64,000 bases of DNA from Candidatus Binatia bacterium (GTDB lineage Bacteria; Desulfobacterota; Binatia; UBA9968; JAJDTQ01): assembly GCA_022823055.1 (NCBI GenBank), contig JAJDXX010000035.1, forward strand, positions 22,054 to 86,053. The letters run 5' to 3'. Of the stretch, positions 40,430 to 50,042 are shown in pieces. The stretch's first letter is position 1, and every line of letters starts with the position of its first letter. Below the pieces are notes generated by a model that saw only the letters and a program-made list of their open reading frames with translations, ran no database searches and was not told the origin of the DNA. The position numbers were made by a program, and so were the translations under genes.

Positions 40430-43111
40430 ATGGCTACTCCGTATCACGTCCCCGAACAGAGCGTTCCGCTGCCGCCTCCGGACGCGGAGGTCATCTCCAC
40501 GGCGTGCGACTACTGCGTGGTGGCCTGCGGCTACAAGGTGTACCGCTGGCCCGTGCGGCGGGGGAAGGACGGCGGTCCGGCCGCCGCCGAGAACGCCCTC
40601 GGCGCGGACTTCCCCGTGGAGCCCCTGGGTTCCTGGGTCAGCGGCGACCAGCACAACATCGTGATGCACGAGGGCCGGCCGCACCACGTGGTCATCCTCC
40701 CGGACAAGGACACCGACTTCGTCAACCACACCGGCAACTCCTCGGTCCGCGGCGGCCTGATCGCGCAGAAGGTCTACAATCCCGACAAGCCCACCCGCGA
40801 CCGGCTCCGGTCGCCGCTGGTGCGGATCTTCGGGGTGCTGATGCCGGTGACCTGGGACTTCGCCTTCGACGTCGCCGCCGAGGTGGGCAACTACGTCCTG
40901 GCGAAGCACGGCACCAACGCCTACGCCGTGAAGACCTTCTCCTACGGCTATCTCGAGAACACCTACGCCATCACCAAGTACGCCCTGCGGAACGTGCGGA
41001 CGGCGAACTTCACGTTCCACGACACGCCGTCCGACGTCACCTCCACGCCCGGTTTCCGCGACGCGGGGTTCGACAACTTCGGGCCGTCCTACGAGGACTG
41101 GCGCGACGCCGAAGTGCTGTTGATCTGCGGCACCGACCCCTACGAGACCAAGACCATCCTGTTCACCGACTGGGTCATGCCCGGGATCCAGAACGGGCAG
41201 AGGACGATCTTCATGCTGCCGCGCCGCACCGCCGGCGTCGCCTACGCGGAAAGCCAGGGCGGCCTGTACATCGACATCCAGCCGGGCACCGACCTGCCGG
41301 TGCTGATGGCCATCGCCCGGGTGATCGTCGAGAACGGCTGGGAGGACGGGGAGTGGATCCGCAAGTGGGTCAACTCCAAGTGGGAAAGCTCGTCCGGGTT
41401 CGGACAGGGGACGCGCAATACGCCGTGGCAGTGGCGTACCACCTGGGGGATGTTCCAGACCGACGGGTTCGAGGACTGGAAGAGGTGGCTGCTGGCCCAA
41501 GACTACACGGTGCCGGAGAAGGCCGCCGCCATCGCCGGAATCGACGTCAAGAAGATCCATACGGCCGCCGAGTGGATGGCGAAGCCGCGCGAGGACGGCT
41601 CCCGGCCCAAGACCTCCATCATGATCGAGAAGGGCTGTTACTGGTCCAACAACACCGGCAACACCAACGCCATCGCCTCCCTGGGCATCGTCTGCGGCGC
41701 CGGCGGACGGCCCGGCCAGGTGGTGGGGCGGGCCGGCGGACACCAGCGCGGCGGCCTGCGGGGCGGCAGCTACCCGCGCAACAAGAGCCCGGAGAAGCTG
41801 CCGGGCCGGCGCCGGCGGGCGCTGGATACCGACCGCTACCTGATGGCCGGCCATACCCGCCTGGCCCACGTCATCGGCAACACCTGGGTGCAGGGCATGT
41901 GCGGCACCCAGTCCCTGCAGGAGAAGTTCGACGAGCTGACGACGCGCAACCCGCACCAAGTACGGAGCTTCGACCGCAAGGACGTCGTAGAGACGCTGAA
42001 GCGGCGGACGGACTCGGGCGGCATGGTGGTGTGGCACCAGGACATCTACCTGGTGGACCCCATCGGCGCGCGCTACGCGGACATCGTGTTCCCGGCCGCC
42101 GGATGGGGCGAGGAGACCTTCACCCGGGCCAACGGCGAGCGGCGCATCCGCCTCTACCCCAAGTTCTACGACGCGCCCGGCGCGGCCCGGCCGGACTGGT
42201 GGATCATCGCGCAACTGGCGCGGAAGATGGGCTTCGAGGGCTTCGACTGGCAGGACTCCAACCAGGTGCTGGAGGAGGGCGCTCGCTTCTCCCGGGGCTC
42301 CCGCAAGGACTTCTTCGCGGTCAAGGTGGCCGCCCGGCGCGAGGGCAAGACCCTTCACGACAAGCTCCGGGAGTTCGGCACCAACGGCATCCAGGGCCCG
42401 GTGCTCATGCGCGCCGACGGCACCCTGGAGGAGACCAAGCGCCTCCACGACGTGAACCGGGTGCTGCCGGACGACGGCCCGGCAGGCGCCACGGTCTTCA
42501 ACAAGAAGCTGACGCACTTCAACACCCAGACCGGGAAACTGAACCTCCAGAAGGCGCCGTGGGAGCTCTTCTCCAGCTACTGGGAGTGGATGAAACCGCG
42601 GGAAGGGGAGATCTGGGTCACGTCCGGGCGCATCAACGAGCGCTGGCAGTCGGGCTACGACGACCGCCGGCGCCCCTACATCGAGCAGCGCTGGCCCGAG
42701 AACTGGATCGAGCTGCACCCCGACGACGCCCGCGCCCGCGGGTTGGAGTCGGGCGACTACGCGATGGTCTACTCCGACCGCATCCCGGTGCAGAAGGAAA
42801 CGATCCTCGGCGTCGAGCCCGACGACTTCGACTTCGCCGCGCTCCTCCGCAACGGCTACATCGAGCTGACCCGCGGCGCCATCACCGCGGTGGTGATCGT
42901 GACGCCGGCCATCAAGAAGGGCGTCGGCTTCATGGACTTCCTGCAGACCAGCCAGCCGGCCAATGCCCTCTCGGGCCGGGTGGTGGACTGGATCAGCGGC
43001 AACTACAACTACAAGATGGGCGTGGGACGGCTGAGGCGCATGGGTGAGAGCCCCTATAAGCGCCAGTTCCGCAGCATGTCGTTCGGCCGCCGCGACATCG
43101 CCATGGAATAG
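40430..43111 (+). CDS. Molybdopterin (bis-PGD) oxidoreductase large subunit, arsenite-oxidase family (AioA/IdrA-like)
   Basis: 893 aa; N-terminal [3Fe-4S]-type motif CDYCVVACGYKVYRWP (C-x2-C-x3-C, as in AioA CHFCIVGCGYHVYKWP) rather than the 4-Cys ArrA/ArxA type; no signal peptide (Tat hitch-hiker); extended similarity ENALG.DF...VVILPDKD...GNSSVRGG. Confidence 0.85.
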   Translation: MATPYHVPEQSVPLPPPDAEVISTACDYCVVACGYKVYRWPVRRGKDGGPAAAENALGADFPVEPLGSWVSGDQHNIVMHEGRPHHVVILPDKDTDFVNHTGNSSVRGGLIAQKVYNPDKPTRDRLRSPLVRIFGVLMPVTWDFAFDVAAEVGNYVLAKHGTNAYAVKTFSYGYLENTYAITKYALRNVRTANFTFHDTPSDVTSTPGFRDAGFDNFGPSYEDWRDAEVLLICGTDPYETKTILFTDWVMPGIQNGQRTIFMLPRRTAGVAYAESQGGLYIDIQPGTDLPVLMAIARVIVENGWEDGEWIRKWVNSKWESSSGFGQGTRNTPWQWRTTWGMFQTDGFEDWKRWLLAQDYTVPEKAAAIAGIDVKKIHTAAEWMAKPREDGSRPKTSIMIEKGCYWSNNTGNTNAIASLGIVCGAGGRPGQVVGRAGGHQRGGLRGGSYPRNKSPEKLPGRRRRALDTDRYLMAGHTRLAHVIGNTWVQGMCGTQSLQEKFDELTTRNPHQVRSFDRKDVVETLKRRTDSGGMVVWHQDIYLVDPIGARYADIVFPAAGWGEETFTRANGERRIRLYPKFYDAPGAARPDWWIIAQLARKMGFEGFDWQDSNQVLEEGARFSRGSRKDFFAVKVAARREGKTLHDKLREFGTNGIQGPVLMRADGTLEETKRLHDVNRVLPDDGPAGATVFNKKLTHFNTQTGKLNLQKAPWELFSSYWEWMKPREGEIWVTSGRINERWQSGYDDRRRPYIEQRWPENWIELHPDDARARGLESGDYAMVYSDRIPVQKETILGVEPDDFDFAALLRNGYIELTRGAITAVVIVTPAIKKGVGFMDFLQTSQPANALSGRVVDWISGNYNYKMGVGRLRRMGESPYKRQFRSMSFGRRDIAME

Positions 43112-43159
43112 CGCCGGCCAGCCACCCCCGATTCAAGCCCGACCCTCGTGGCTCCCGCC

Positions 43160-43298
43160 CGTCGTCATTCCCGGCCCCCCATACGTCATTCCCGCGAAAG
43201 CGGGAATCCAGGCGGGGTGGGGCCTGGGGCAATGGGCCGCCACACCACCACCTCTGGATTCCCGCTTTCGCGGGAATGACGTATGGGGGGCCGAAGTC
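43160..43298. repeat. MITE-like palindromic repeat, copy 3
   Basis: TCATTCCCGGCCCCCCATACGTCATTCCCGCGAAAGCGGGAATCCAGG...CTGGATTCCCGCTTTCGCGGGAATGACGTATGGGGGGCCGAAGTC; lies directly after the Mo-enzyme large subunit. Confidence 0.85.
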
Positions 43299-43312
43299 TT
43301 CATCGTCGAAGG

Positions 43313-45457
43313 ACCATGACCGATCCCGTTAGTTTGATCTCCCCGTATCTTCGGGCCCCGGAGGAACCGATCCGTTGCGCCGCCGCCCGCGCTCTCGGCG
43401 TGCTGGGCGACGAGGACGCGGCACCGGCTCTGGTGGACGCGTTGCTGGACCCGGACCCGGACGTGCGCGCCGATGCCATGGCGGCGCTGGTGCGTTGCGC
43501 CCGGCCGCAGGACGCGCCGGCGATCCGGCGCTCGTTGCAGGGCGATCCGGCGGGCGACGTCAAGACCGCGGCCGTGCGGGTCCTGGGCCGGCTCAAGGAC
43601 ACGGCGTCCACGGAGTTGCTGCGGGCGCTGGCGCAGGACCGATGCGAGCCGGAGGTGGCGTGGGAAGAGGGTTCGTGGGACGACTGGCTCGACGTGCAGG
43701 TGGCCGCCATCGCCGCCCTGGGGGACATGGGCGCCGAGTCCGCGGTGGACGACCTGGTCCGGGTACGGGCCGACGAGGATGGACAGGAGCTCGATCACGT
43801 GGTCTTCGCCGCCTTGGCGAAGATGCCCGGACGCGGAGTCGCGGCCCTCCTCGATTTCCTGAGGGACGGCGACGCGCGGGTCCGGCAGCGTGCTCTGACG
43901 GCGTTGTCGGGTGTCGGCGGAAGCGGGTTGACGCCGTTGCGCGACCGTCTCATCGGCGACCGGAGCGCGGGGGTTCGCCGGATCGCGGTGGATTGCCTGG
44001 ACGCGGACGACCCGGTACTGTCCGCCCTCGCCCTGAAGGACCCTGACCCCGCGGTCCGTGCCGCCGCGCTGACGCGAGTCGCGCCGGTCCGGGAGGATAT
44101 CGTCCGGTCGGCTCTGGGCGATCCCGAACCGGGAGTACGCGCCGCGGCCGTCGAGGCGCTTGCCGCGCACGTGTCCCCGGGTGACCGGCCCGCGCTCGCC
44201 GCGAAGCTGGAAGCCTGGCTTCGGGACGGGAACGCCCGCCTGGCGGCGGCGTGTGCGGAGGCCCTGCCCAAGGTATCGGGTAGGGCCGCACTGGGTCCGC
44301 TGCGGCGGATGGCGGCGGCCACGGAAGCGCTTGTCGAGGTGCGTATCGCCGCGCTCAAGGGCCTGGGAGAGGTCGGCACGCCGGAGGCCGTGGACGTGTT
44401 GCGTGCTGCAGCGGTGGATTCCGTCCGCCAAGTGCGTCTGGCGGCGTTGGCGGCCGCGGCCGCGTTGATCCGCACCGGGCTTGAGGCCGGGGCGCGGAAC
44501 CTGTTGATCGGCGCCATGTGCGGCGATCTTCGAACCGAGGCCTTCGGTGGGGAAACGGCTACGGAGGAACCTGTTTCCGGTGCGGCAGTTCCCGGGCCCG
44601 GTGAAAGGGGACGCATCGCCATTGCGCCCGAGGGCGACATAGTCCCCGCGAAGGAGACGCCAGAGGTTTCCGGTTCGTCCGACTCCGGCACGGGCGCCGA
44701 AGCACCGCCGTACCCGCGCTCCACTCTCGAAGCGATTCAGGCGACGGGGTTCGGGGCACCCGGGCGGTCCCCGCGTCCGCCGGCGTCACCGGCGACCGCC
44801 GGGCGAGTCCGGTCCCGCCGCGTGCCCGTGGGGGGCGCGGACGACGTCGACGCCGATATTCGGCTGACGGCGGTCCGGCTTGCCGCGGACTGCGGCGCCA
44901 ACGGCATGGACGAGGTGCTGGCGGAAACCGCCCTGTCGACGGAATCCGACCTGCGGGCGGCCGTCTTCGAGGCCATAGCCCAGCGCGCGGCGGCCATGCC
45001 GTTGGCGCCCGTCCTGCGGGCTGTCCTGGCGCGGTCACTGGGCTCCGACGATGCGCGCGTGCGTTGCGCCGCCGTCCGCGGCCTGACCGCGGCGGGTCTC
45101 GACCACGCGCGACAACTCATCCCGCTGCTGGACGACCCCGACCCCTCGGTCCGGGCGGCGGCGGTGACGGCGGTTGCCGCCGTCCATCCGGAGAGAGCCG
45201 CGGCGGGTTTTCACGACTCCTCGCCCCTGGTCCGCCGAGCCGCTGTGGACGCCGTCATCGCGGCAGGCGAGGATCGTTTGCTCGACGACGGCCTGCGGGT
45301 GCTGGTGGACGGCAGCCATGCCGACAGCCTCATGGATGCATGTGCGCGTCACATTGAGGTGACTCGGAAGTTGATCGGGATGCTCAGCGATCCCCAGGTC
45401 TCGAAGCCGAGGCTTCGGACGATGCTGGAAGCCTTGGGCGGTGCCGGGGGCGAATGA
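43313..45457 (+). CDS. HEAT-repeat (PBS-lyase-type) protein
   Basis: More than 10 tandem HEAT-like units (D/EP..VRA.AA.AL...); GC3 pattern supports plus frame over the overlapping 432-aa minus ORF. Confidence 0.6.
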   Translation, partial: TMTDPVSLISPYLRAPEEPIRCAAARALGVLGDEDAAPALVDALLDPDPDVRADAMAALVRCARPQDAPAIRRSLQGDPAGDVKTAAVRVLGRLKDTASTELLRALAQDRCEPEVAWEEGSWDDWLDVQVAAIAALGDMGAESAVDDLVRVRADEDGQELDHVVFAALAKMPGRGVAALLDFLRDGDARVRQRALTALSGVGGSGLTPLRDRLIGDRSAGVRRIAVDCLDADDPVLSALALKDPDPAVRAAALTRVAPVREDIVRSALGDPEPGVRAAAVEALAAHVSPGDRPALAAKLEAWLRDGNARLAAACAEALPKVSGRAALGPLRRMAAATEALVEVRIAALKGLGEVGTPEAVDVLRAAAVDSVRQVRLAALAAAAALIRTGLEAGARNLLIGAMCGDLRTEAFGGETATEEPVSGAAVPGPGERGRIAIAPEGDIVPAKETPEVSGSSDSGTGAEAPPYPRSTLEAIQATGFGAPGRSPRPPASPATAGRVRSRRVPVGGADDVDADIRLTAVRLAADCGANGMDEVLAETALSTESDLRAAVFEAIAQRAAAMPLAPVLRAVLARSLGSDDARVRCAAVRGLTAAGLDHARQLIPLLDDPDPSVRAAAVTAVAAVHPERAAAGFHDSSPLVRRAAVDAVIAAGEDRLLDDGLRVLVDGSHADSLMDACARHIEVTRKLIGMLSDPQVSKPRLRTMLEALGGAGGE

Positions 45458-45505
45458 ACCGGAAGCGACACCAGTCGAACCGTGAAGCGGCGGCGCGGGG
45501 CAGGC

Positions 45506-47104
45506 CTATTTCTCTTCAAACGCGATCCGGCCGCCCGTCATGGTGAGGACGGGCCGGATGGCCGCGATTTCGTCCGGCGGGACCGTCAAGTAGTCACGGT
45601 CGAGCACGACCAGGTCAGCCAGCTTCCCGGTCTCCAGTGACCCGAGACTGTTCTCCTTGAACAGCAATTTCGCGTTGTTGATCGTATGGGCGATGAGGGC
45701 GGCCTTGCGGGAGACGCGTTGATCTTCGCTCCAGGCCTTCTGTCCCGCGATATTACGGCCCGTCACGGCCCAGCCGAGGGTCAGGAACGGATTGATCGGC
45801 GCGACGATGGCGCCGTCCGAGCCCAGCCCCCATAGCACTCCGGAACGCTCGATGCTGCCGAGAGGCGGACGGTTGCGTGACCGCGAGTTCATCATCGCCT
45901 GGGAGTGCACGGCAACGGCCACCCCCAGCTCACGGGCCCGATTCAGGTCCGGTTCGGTGATGCCCAACGAATGCGCCAGCGTCCAGCGCAGCTCCTTGAC
46001 CTCCGGGGTGTCGAACGCGATCTCTTCGACCAGGTCGATGAACTGGGAAATGGTAGGCCCGCTCATGGTGTGTTCGTGGATCGGCCAACCATGCCTGGCG
46101 GCGGCGCGCGAAATGGTGCGTACGGGACCCCAGACGGAGTCTTCCCAGCGTTCCCGGCGGTTGGCCCGGTCGTGCATCGGCCCGTATATGTGTTCGCCCA
46201 GTCCGATCACGCCGAATTGATCCGTCGTGCTGAACGGCTTCGCGGCGCCACCCGTTATGAGTTTCAGGGCATCGTCCGTGCTTTGGGGATCGGTGGCGCG
46301 GTAGCGCAGCGTGTGGAAGACCCGCAGCGGCATCGGCCCGGCGGCGGCCAGGCTTGCAACCGGCGCCAGTTTGCCCTCGCTCGGCCGTCCGATATCGTAG
46401 ACCGTCGTCAGGCCCACCCGGTTCAGCGCGGCCATGTAGGCGAGTATCGCTTTCTTGCTGGAGCTCTTGTTGCGCCAGCCTATGAAGCGCCCGAAGGGCC
46501 GGAAGCTTTGCCGCCCGCGCATCCGGGCGCCTTCGGCGGGGTCCCGGCCCACCGCCTTCAGGGCCACGCTGTTGGCGTAAGCCGTGCGGTAGCTTTGCTG
46601 AATATAGACAGGATTGTCGGGCGCCGCCGCATCCAGCTCGGCGAGAGTGAAGCCGCCCGGCTCGTCCCGGAACTGGCCCGGCGACCAGCCGCCGACTACG
46701 GTAATCCACTGACCCTTTGGCGCCGAGGCCGTTTTCGCCGCAATCATCGCCAAGGCCTTGGACCGGCTCATGACGCCATCGAGGCGAACCTCGCGCTGAT
46801 AGTTCCAGACGCTGCGGATGAAGTGAAAGTGATTGTCGATCAAGCCGGGGATCACCGTCTTGCCCCCCAGCTCGATGATCCGGGTATTCGGACCCTTGTG
46901 GCGGGCCACCGTCCCAGCGGAACCGACCGCGACAATCCGGCCGTCATCGATGGCCAGACTGTGGGCGATGGAGAATTCCGGGTCCACCGTCAATATTCTT
47001 CCGTTGGAGACGATGATGTCCGCCGGTTGCGCCGCGGCTTCGGGCACCGGAACAAGCGCCCACGTGAGAACCGCCAACGCGGTGAGAAAATGCCGTAGCG
47101 ACAT
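45506..47104 (-). CDS. Amidohydrolase_3 (YtcJ-like metal-dependent hydrolase) with signal peptide
   Basis: PGLIDNHFHF metal-binding start, ...GSDGAIVAPINPF..., C-terminal LADLVVLDRD; ATG at 47104 with GGGAGG RBS and signal peptide MSLRHFLTALAVLTWALVPVPEAAAQ. Confidence 0.75.
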   Translation of the reverse strand: MSLRHFLTALAVLTWALVPVPEAAAQPADIIVSNGRILTVDPEFSIAHSLAIDDGRIVAVGSAGTVARHKGPNTRIIELGGKTVIPGLIDNHFHFIRSVWNYQREVRLDGVMSRSKALAMIAAKTASAPKGQWITVVGGWSPGQFRDEPGGFTLAELDAAAPDNPVYIQQSYRTAYANSVALKAVGRDPAEGARMRGRQSFRPFGRFIGWRNKSSSKKAILAYMAALNRVGLTTVYDIGRPSEGKLAPVASLAAAGPMPLRVFHTLRYRATDPQSTDDALKLITGGAAKPFSTTDQFGVIGLGEHIYGPMHDRANRRERWEDSVWGPVRTISRAAARHGWPIHEHTMSGPTISQFIDLVEEIAFDTPEVKELRWTLAHSLGITEPDLNRARELGVAVAVHSQAMMNSRSRNRPPLGSIERSGVLWGLGSDGAIVAPINPFLTLGWAVTGRNIAGQKAWSEDQRVSRKAALIAHTINNAKLLFKENSLGSLETGKLADLVVLDRDYLTVPPDEIAAIRPVLTMTGGRIAFEEK

Positions 47105-47271
47105 GGTCGTATCCTCCCGGTTGTCCTGGCAAGCATCGCCGGAACCGTACTCTCTGCCCCGGTTCCCTGGCACGAAAGCACCACTTCGTTCAGTTAGACG
47201 GTAGCGAGTTCCCGGCGGTGGAGTCAGACTTCCCTGTTCCCGCCAGATCCGGTATTCTCTCGGACGCTGAA

Positions 47272-48186
47272 ATGCGCATTGTGATCCACGGACAGCAGGG
47301 GTTCGGCAAGGGCGTGTTGGAACGGCTGGTGGCGGGTCCCGATGAGGTGATCGGGGTCTTCTGTCCGCCGGACCAGCAGGGCCGGCCCGTGGACCCGCTC
47401 AAGGAAGCAGCGCTGGAGCGCGGGTTGCCGGTGCACCAGCCCGCGACCTGGAAGACGGACGAGGCGCTGGAGCTCATGGAGTCCTGCCAAGCCGACCTGT
47501 GCGTCATGGCCTACGTGACCATGCTGGTGCCGCAACCGGTTCTCGACGCGCCCGGACTGGGCACCATCCAGTACCACCCTTCGCTGCTGCCGTTGCATCG
47601 CGGGCCCAGCTCCATCAACTGGGCGCGAATACAGGGAGACCGCAAGACGGGCCTAACCGTTTTCTGGCCGGATGACGGCCTGGACGAGGGTCCGATCCTG
47701 CTGCAGAAGGAGGTGGAGATTGCCGAGGACGACACCGTCGGCAGCCTCTACTTCGGCAAACTGTTTCCCATGGGCGTCGACGCCCTCGCCGAGGCGGTGG
47801 ACCTCGTGCGCGCCGGCAAGGCGCCGCGCATCGAGCAGGACCACAGCCGCGCCACCTATGAAGGCTGGTGCGGGGAGGACGACGCCGCCGTCGACTGGTC
47901 CACACCCGCGGAAGAGGTACACCGGCTCATCTGCGGCACCGACCCCCAGCCCGGCGCCTGGACCACCGTGGACGGCAACCGCCTCAAGCTGTTCGGCAGC
48001 CGTCTGGGTGCCGCCTCGGGCTCGCCCGGCGAGGTTCTGGACTTGTCCGATGCCGGAATGACGGTGGCGGCGGGTGAGGGTAGCGTCGTGGTGCAACGGG
48101 TGAGGGCCCACGACTCCCGGGCCAAGGTCGCCGCCGCCGAATACGCCGGCGGGGCCGGGATCCGTCCCGGCGGGCGTCTGGGCTGA
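47272..48186 (+). CDS. Formyltransferase (Fmt-like) family protein
   Basis: MRIVIHGQQGFG...HPSLLPLHRGPSSINWARIQGD (formyl_trans_N SLLP..RG motif) plus C-terminal Fmt-C-like domain. Confidence 0.7.
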   Translation: MRIVIHGQQGFGKGVLERLVAGPDEVIGVFCPPDQQGRPVDPLKEAALERGLPVHQPATWKTDEALELMESCQADLCVMAYVTMLVPQPVLDAPGLGTIQYHPSLLPLHRGPSSINWARIQGDRKTGLTVFWPDDGLDEGPILLQKEVEIAEDDTVGSLYFGKLFPMGVDALAEAVDLVRAGKAPRIEQDHSRATYEGWCGEDDAAVDWSTPAEEVHRLICGTDPQPGAWTTVDGNRLKLFGSRLGAASGSPGEVLDLSDAGMTVAAGEGSVVVQRVRAHDSRAKVAAAEYAGGAGIRPGGRLG

Positions 48187-48276
48187 CCGCCTCCGCCCGG
48201 CCTGCCGCCCCATTGGTTCGACGCCCCTGAAAGCTTGAGCCGCGTCAGCCTTCCGTGTCAAAGTTGACGGGAGACC

Positions 48277-49521
48277 ATGGAACGCGCCCGGCTGGACAGG
48301 CTCAACGACATGCTCGGCGAGGTGCTCCGGACCAACGAGTTCTATCGCCGCAAGCTCGAAGGCCGCTTCGCGCTGCCGCTGGCGGGGCCGGAGCCGTTGT
48401 CCGGGCTGCCCTTTACCACCAAGCAGGAACTGGTGGACGACCAGCTCCGGCATCCGCCGTTCGGCAGCGACCTGACCTATCCGGTGGAGCGCTACGTGCG
48501 CGTGCACCAGACCTCGGGCACCACCGGCCGGCCCATGTACTGGCTGGATACCGAGGCGTCGTGGGACTGGTGGGGCGAGTGCTGGAAGACGGTGCTGGAG
48601 GCGACCGGAGTGGGGTCCGAGGACCGGATCTTCTTCCCGTTCTCGTTCGGACCGTTCATAGGGTTCTGGAGCGGCTGGGAAGGCGCCCGCAAGGTGGGTG
48701 CGCTGGCCGTCTCCGGCGGCGGACAGTCCACGCAGCAGCGGCTCAAGAGCCTCCTTGACTACGGCGCCACCGTGCTGGTGTGCACCCCCACGTATGCGCT
48801 GCACATGGCGGCGGAGGCGCGCCGGTCGGGGATGAACCTTGCGCGCGACTCCGCGGTCCGGGTCACGGTGCACGCGGGCGAGCCCGGCGCGAGCATCGCG
48901 TCCACCAGGCAGCGCATCGAGGAGGCGTGGGGCGCCCGCTGCTTCGACCACACCGGCGCCACCGAGGTGGGCGCCTTCGGTTTCGCGTGCGAGGCCCCGG
49001 CGGAGGAGGTGCACGTCAACGAGGACGAGTTCATCGCCGAGGTGGTGGACCCGGAGAGCGGCGCGTCGCTGCCGGACGGCGCCCGGGGCGAACTGGTGCT
49101 GACCAACCTGGGCCGGGTGGGAAGCCCGGCCATCCGCTACCGCACCGGCGATCTGGTGGAGCCTCGGCGCGGCACCTGCGCGTGCGGGCGCGACTCGCTG
49201 GTGTTGCGGGGGGGTGTTCTCGGGCGTGTGGATGATATGGTGGTGGTGCGGGGAGTGAACGTGTTCCCCAGCGCGGTGGAGGGCATCGTTCGGCGGTTCC
49301 CCGAGGTGGAGGAGTTCCGCGTGGACGTGGTGCAGAGCGACGGAATGGCCGAGTTGAAGATCACGGTGGAGCCGGGTGCGGCGGGAGCGCCGGCCGGGCT
49401 TGCGGAAGGCGTGGTCGAGTCCGTCCGGGACAACCTGCACATCCGCCCGGTGGTGGAGGTTGTGGCGCCGGGGACTTTGCCCCGTTTCGAGTTGAAGGCT
49501 CGGCGGTTCTTTCGAGGTTGA
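48277..49521 (+). CDS. Phenylacetate-CoA ligase-like (PaaK/F390 synthetase family) aryl-acid-CoA ligase
   Basis: AMP-binding core HQTSGTTGRPMYW; PaaK-type length (414 aa) and C-terminal RYRTGD...VVVRGVNVFPSAVEGIV block. Confidence 0.8.
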   Translation: MERARLDRLNDMLGEVLRTNEFYRRKLEGRFALPLAGPEPLSGLPFTTKQELVDDQLRHPPFGSDLTYPVERYVRVHQTSGTTGRPMYWLDTEASWDWWGECWKTVLEATGVGSEDRIFFPFSFGPFIGFWSGWEGARKVGALAVSGGGQSTQQRLKSLLDYGATVLVCTPTYALHMAAEARRSGMNLARDSAVRVTVHAGEPGASIASTRQRIEEAWGARCFDHTGATEVGAFGFACEAPAEEVHVNEDEFIAEVVDPESGASLPDGARGELVLTNLGRVGSPAIRYRTGDLVEPRRGTCACGRDSLVLRGGVLGRVDDMVVVRGVNVFPSAVEGIVRRFPEVEEFRVDVVQSDGMAELKITVEPGAAGAPAGLAEGVVESVRDNLHIRPVVEVVAPGTLPRFELKARRFFRG

Positions 49522-49529
49522 GCAACGCG

Positions 49530-50038
<509 letters not shown>

Positions 50039-50042
<4 letters not shown>

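Noticed and set aside
43133-44431. 432-aa minus-strand ORF overlapping the HEAT-repeat gene and MITE copy 3
   Set aside because: Its N-terminus is the repeat-derived peptide (…PAWIPAFAGMT…). The plus strand shows clear HEAT repeats and better third-position GC bias.
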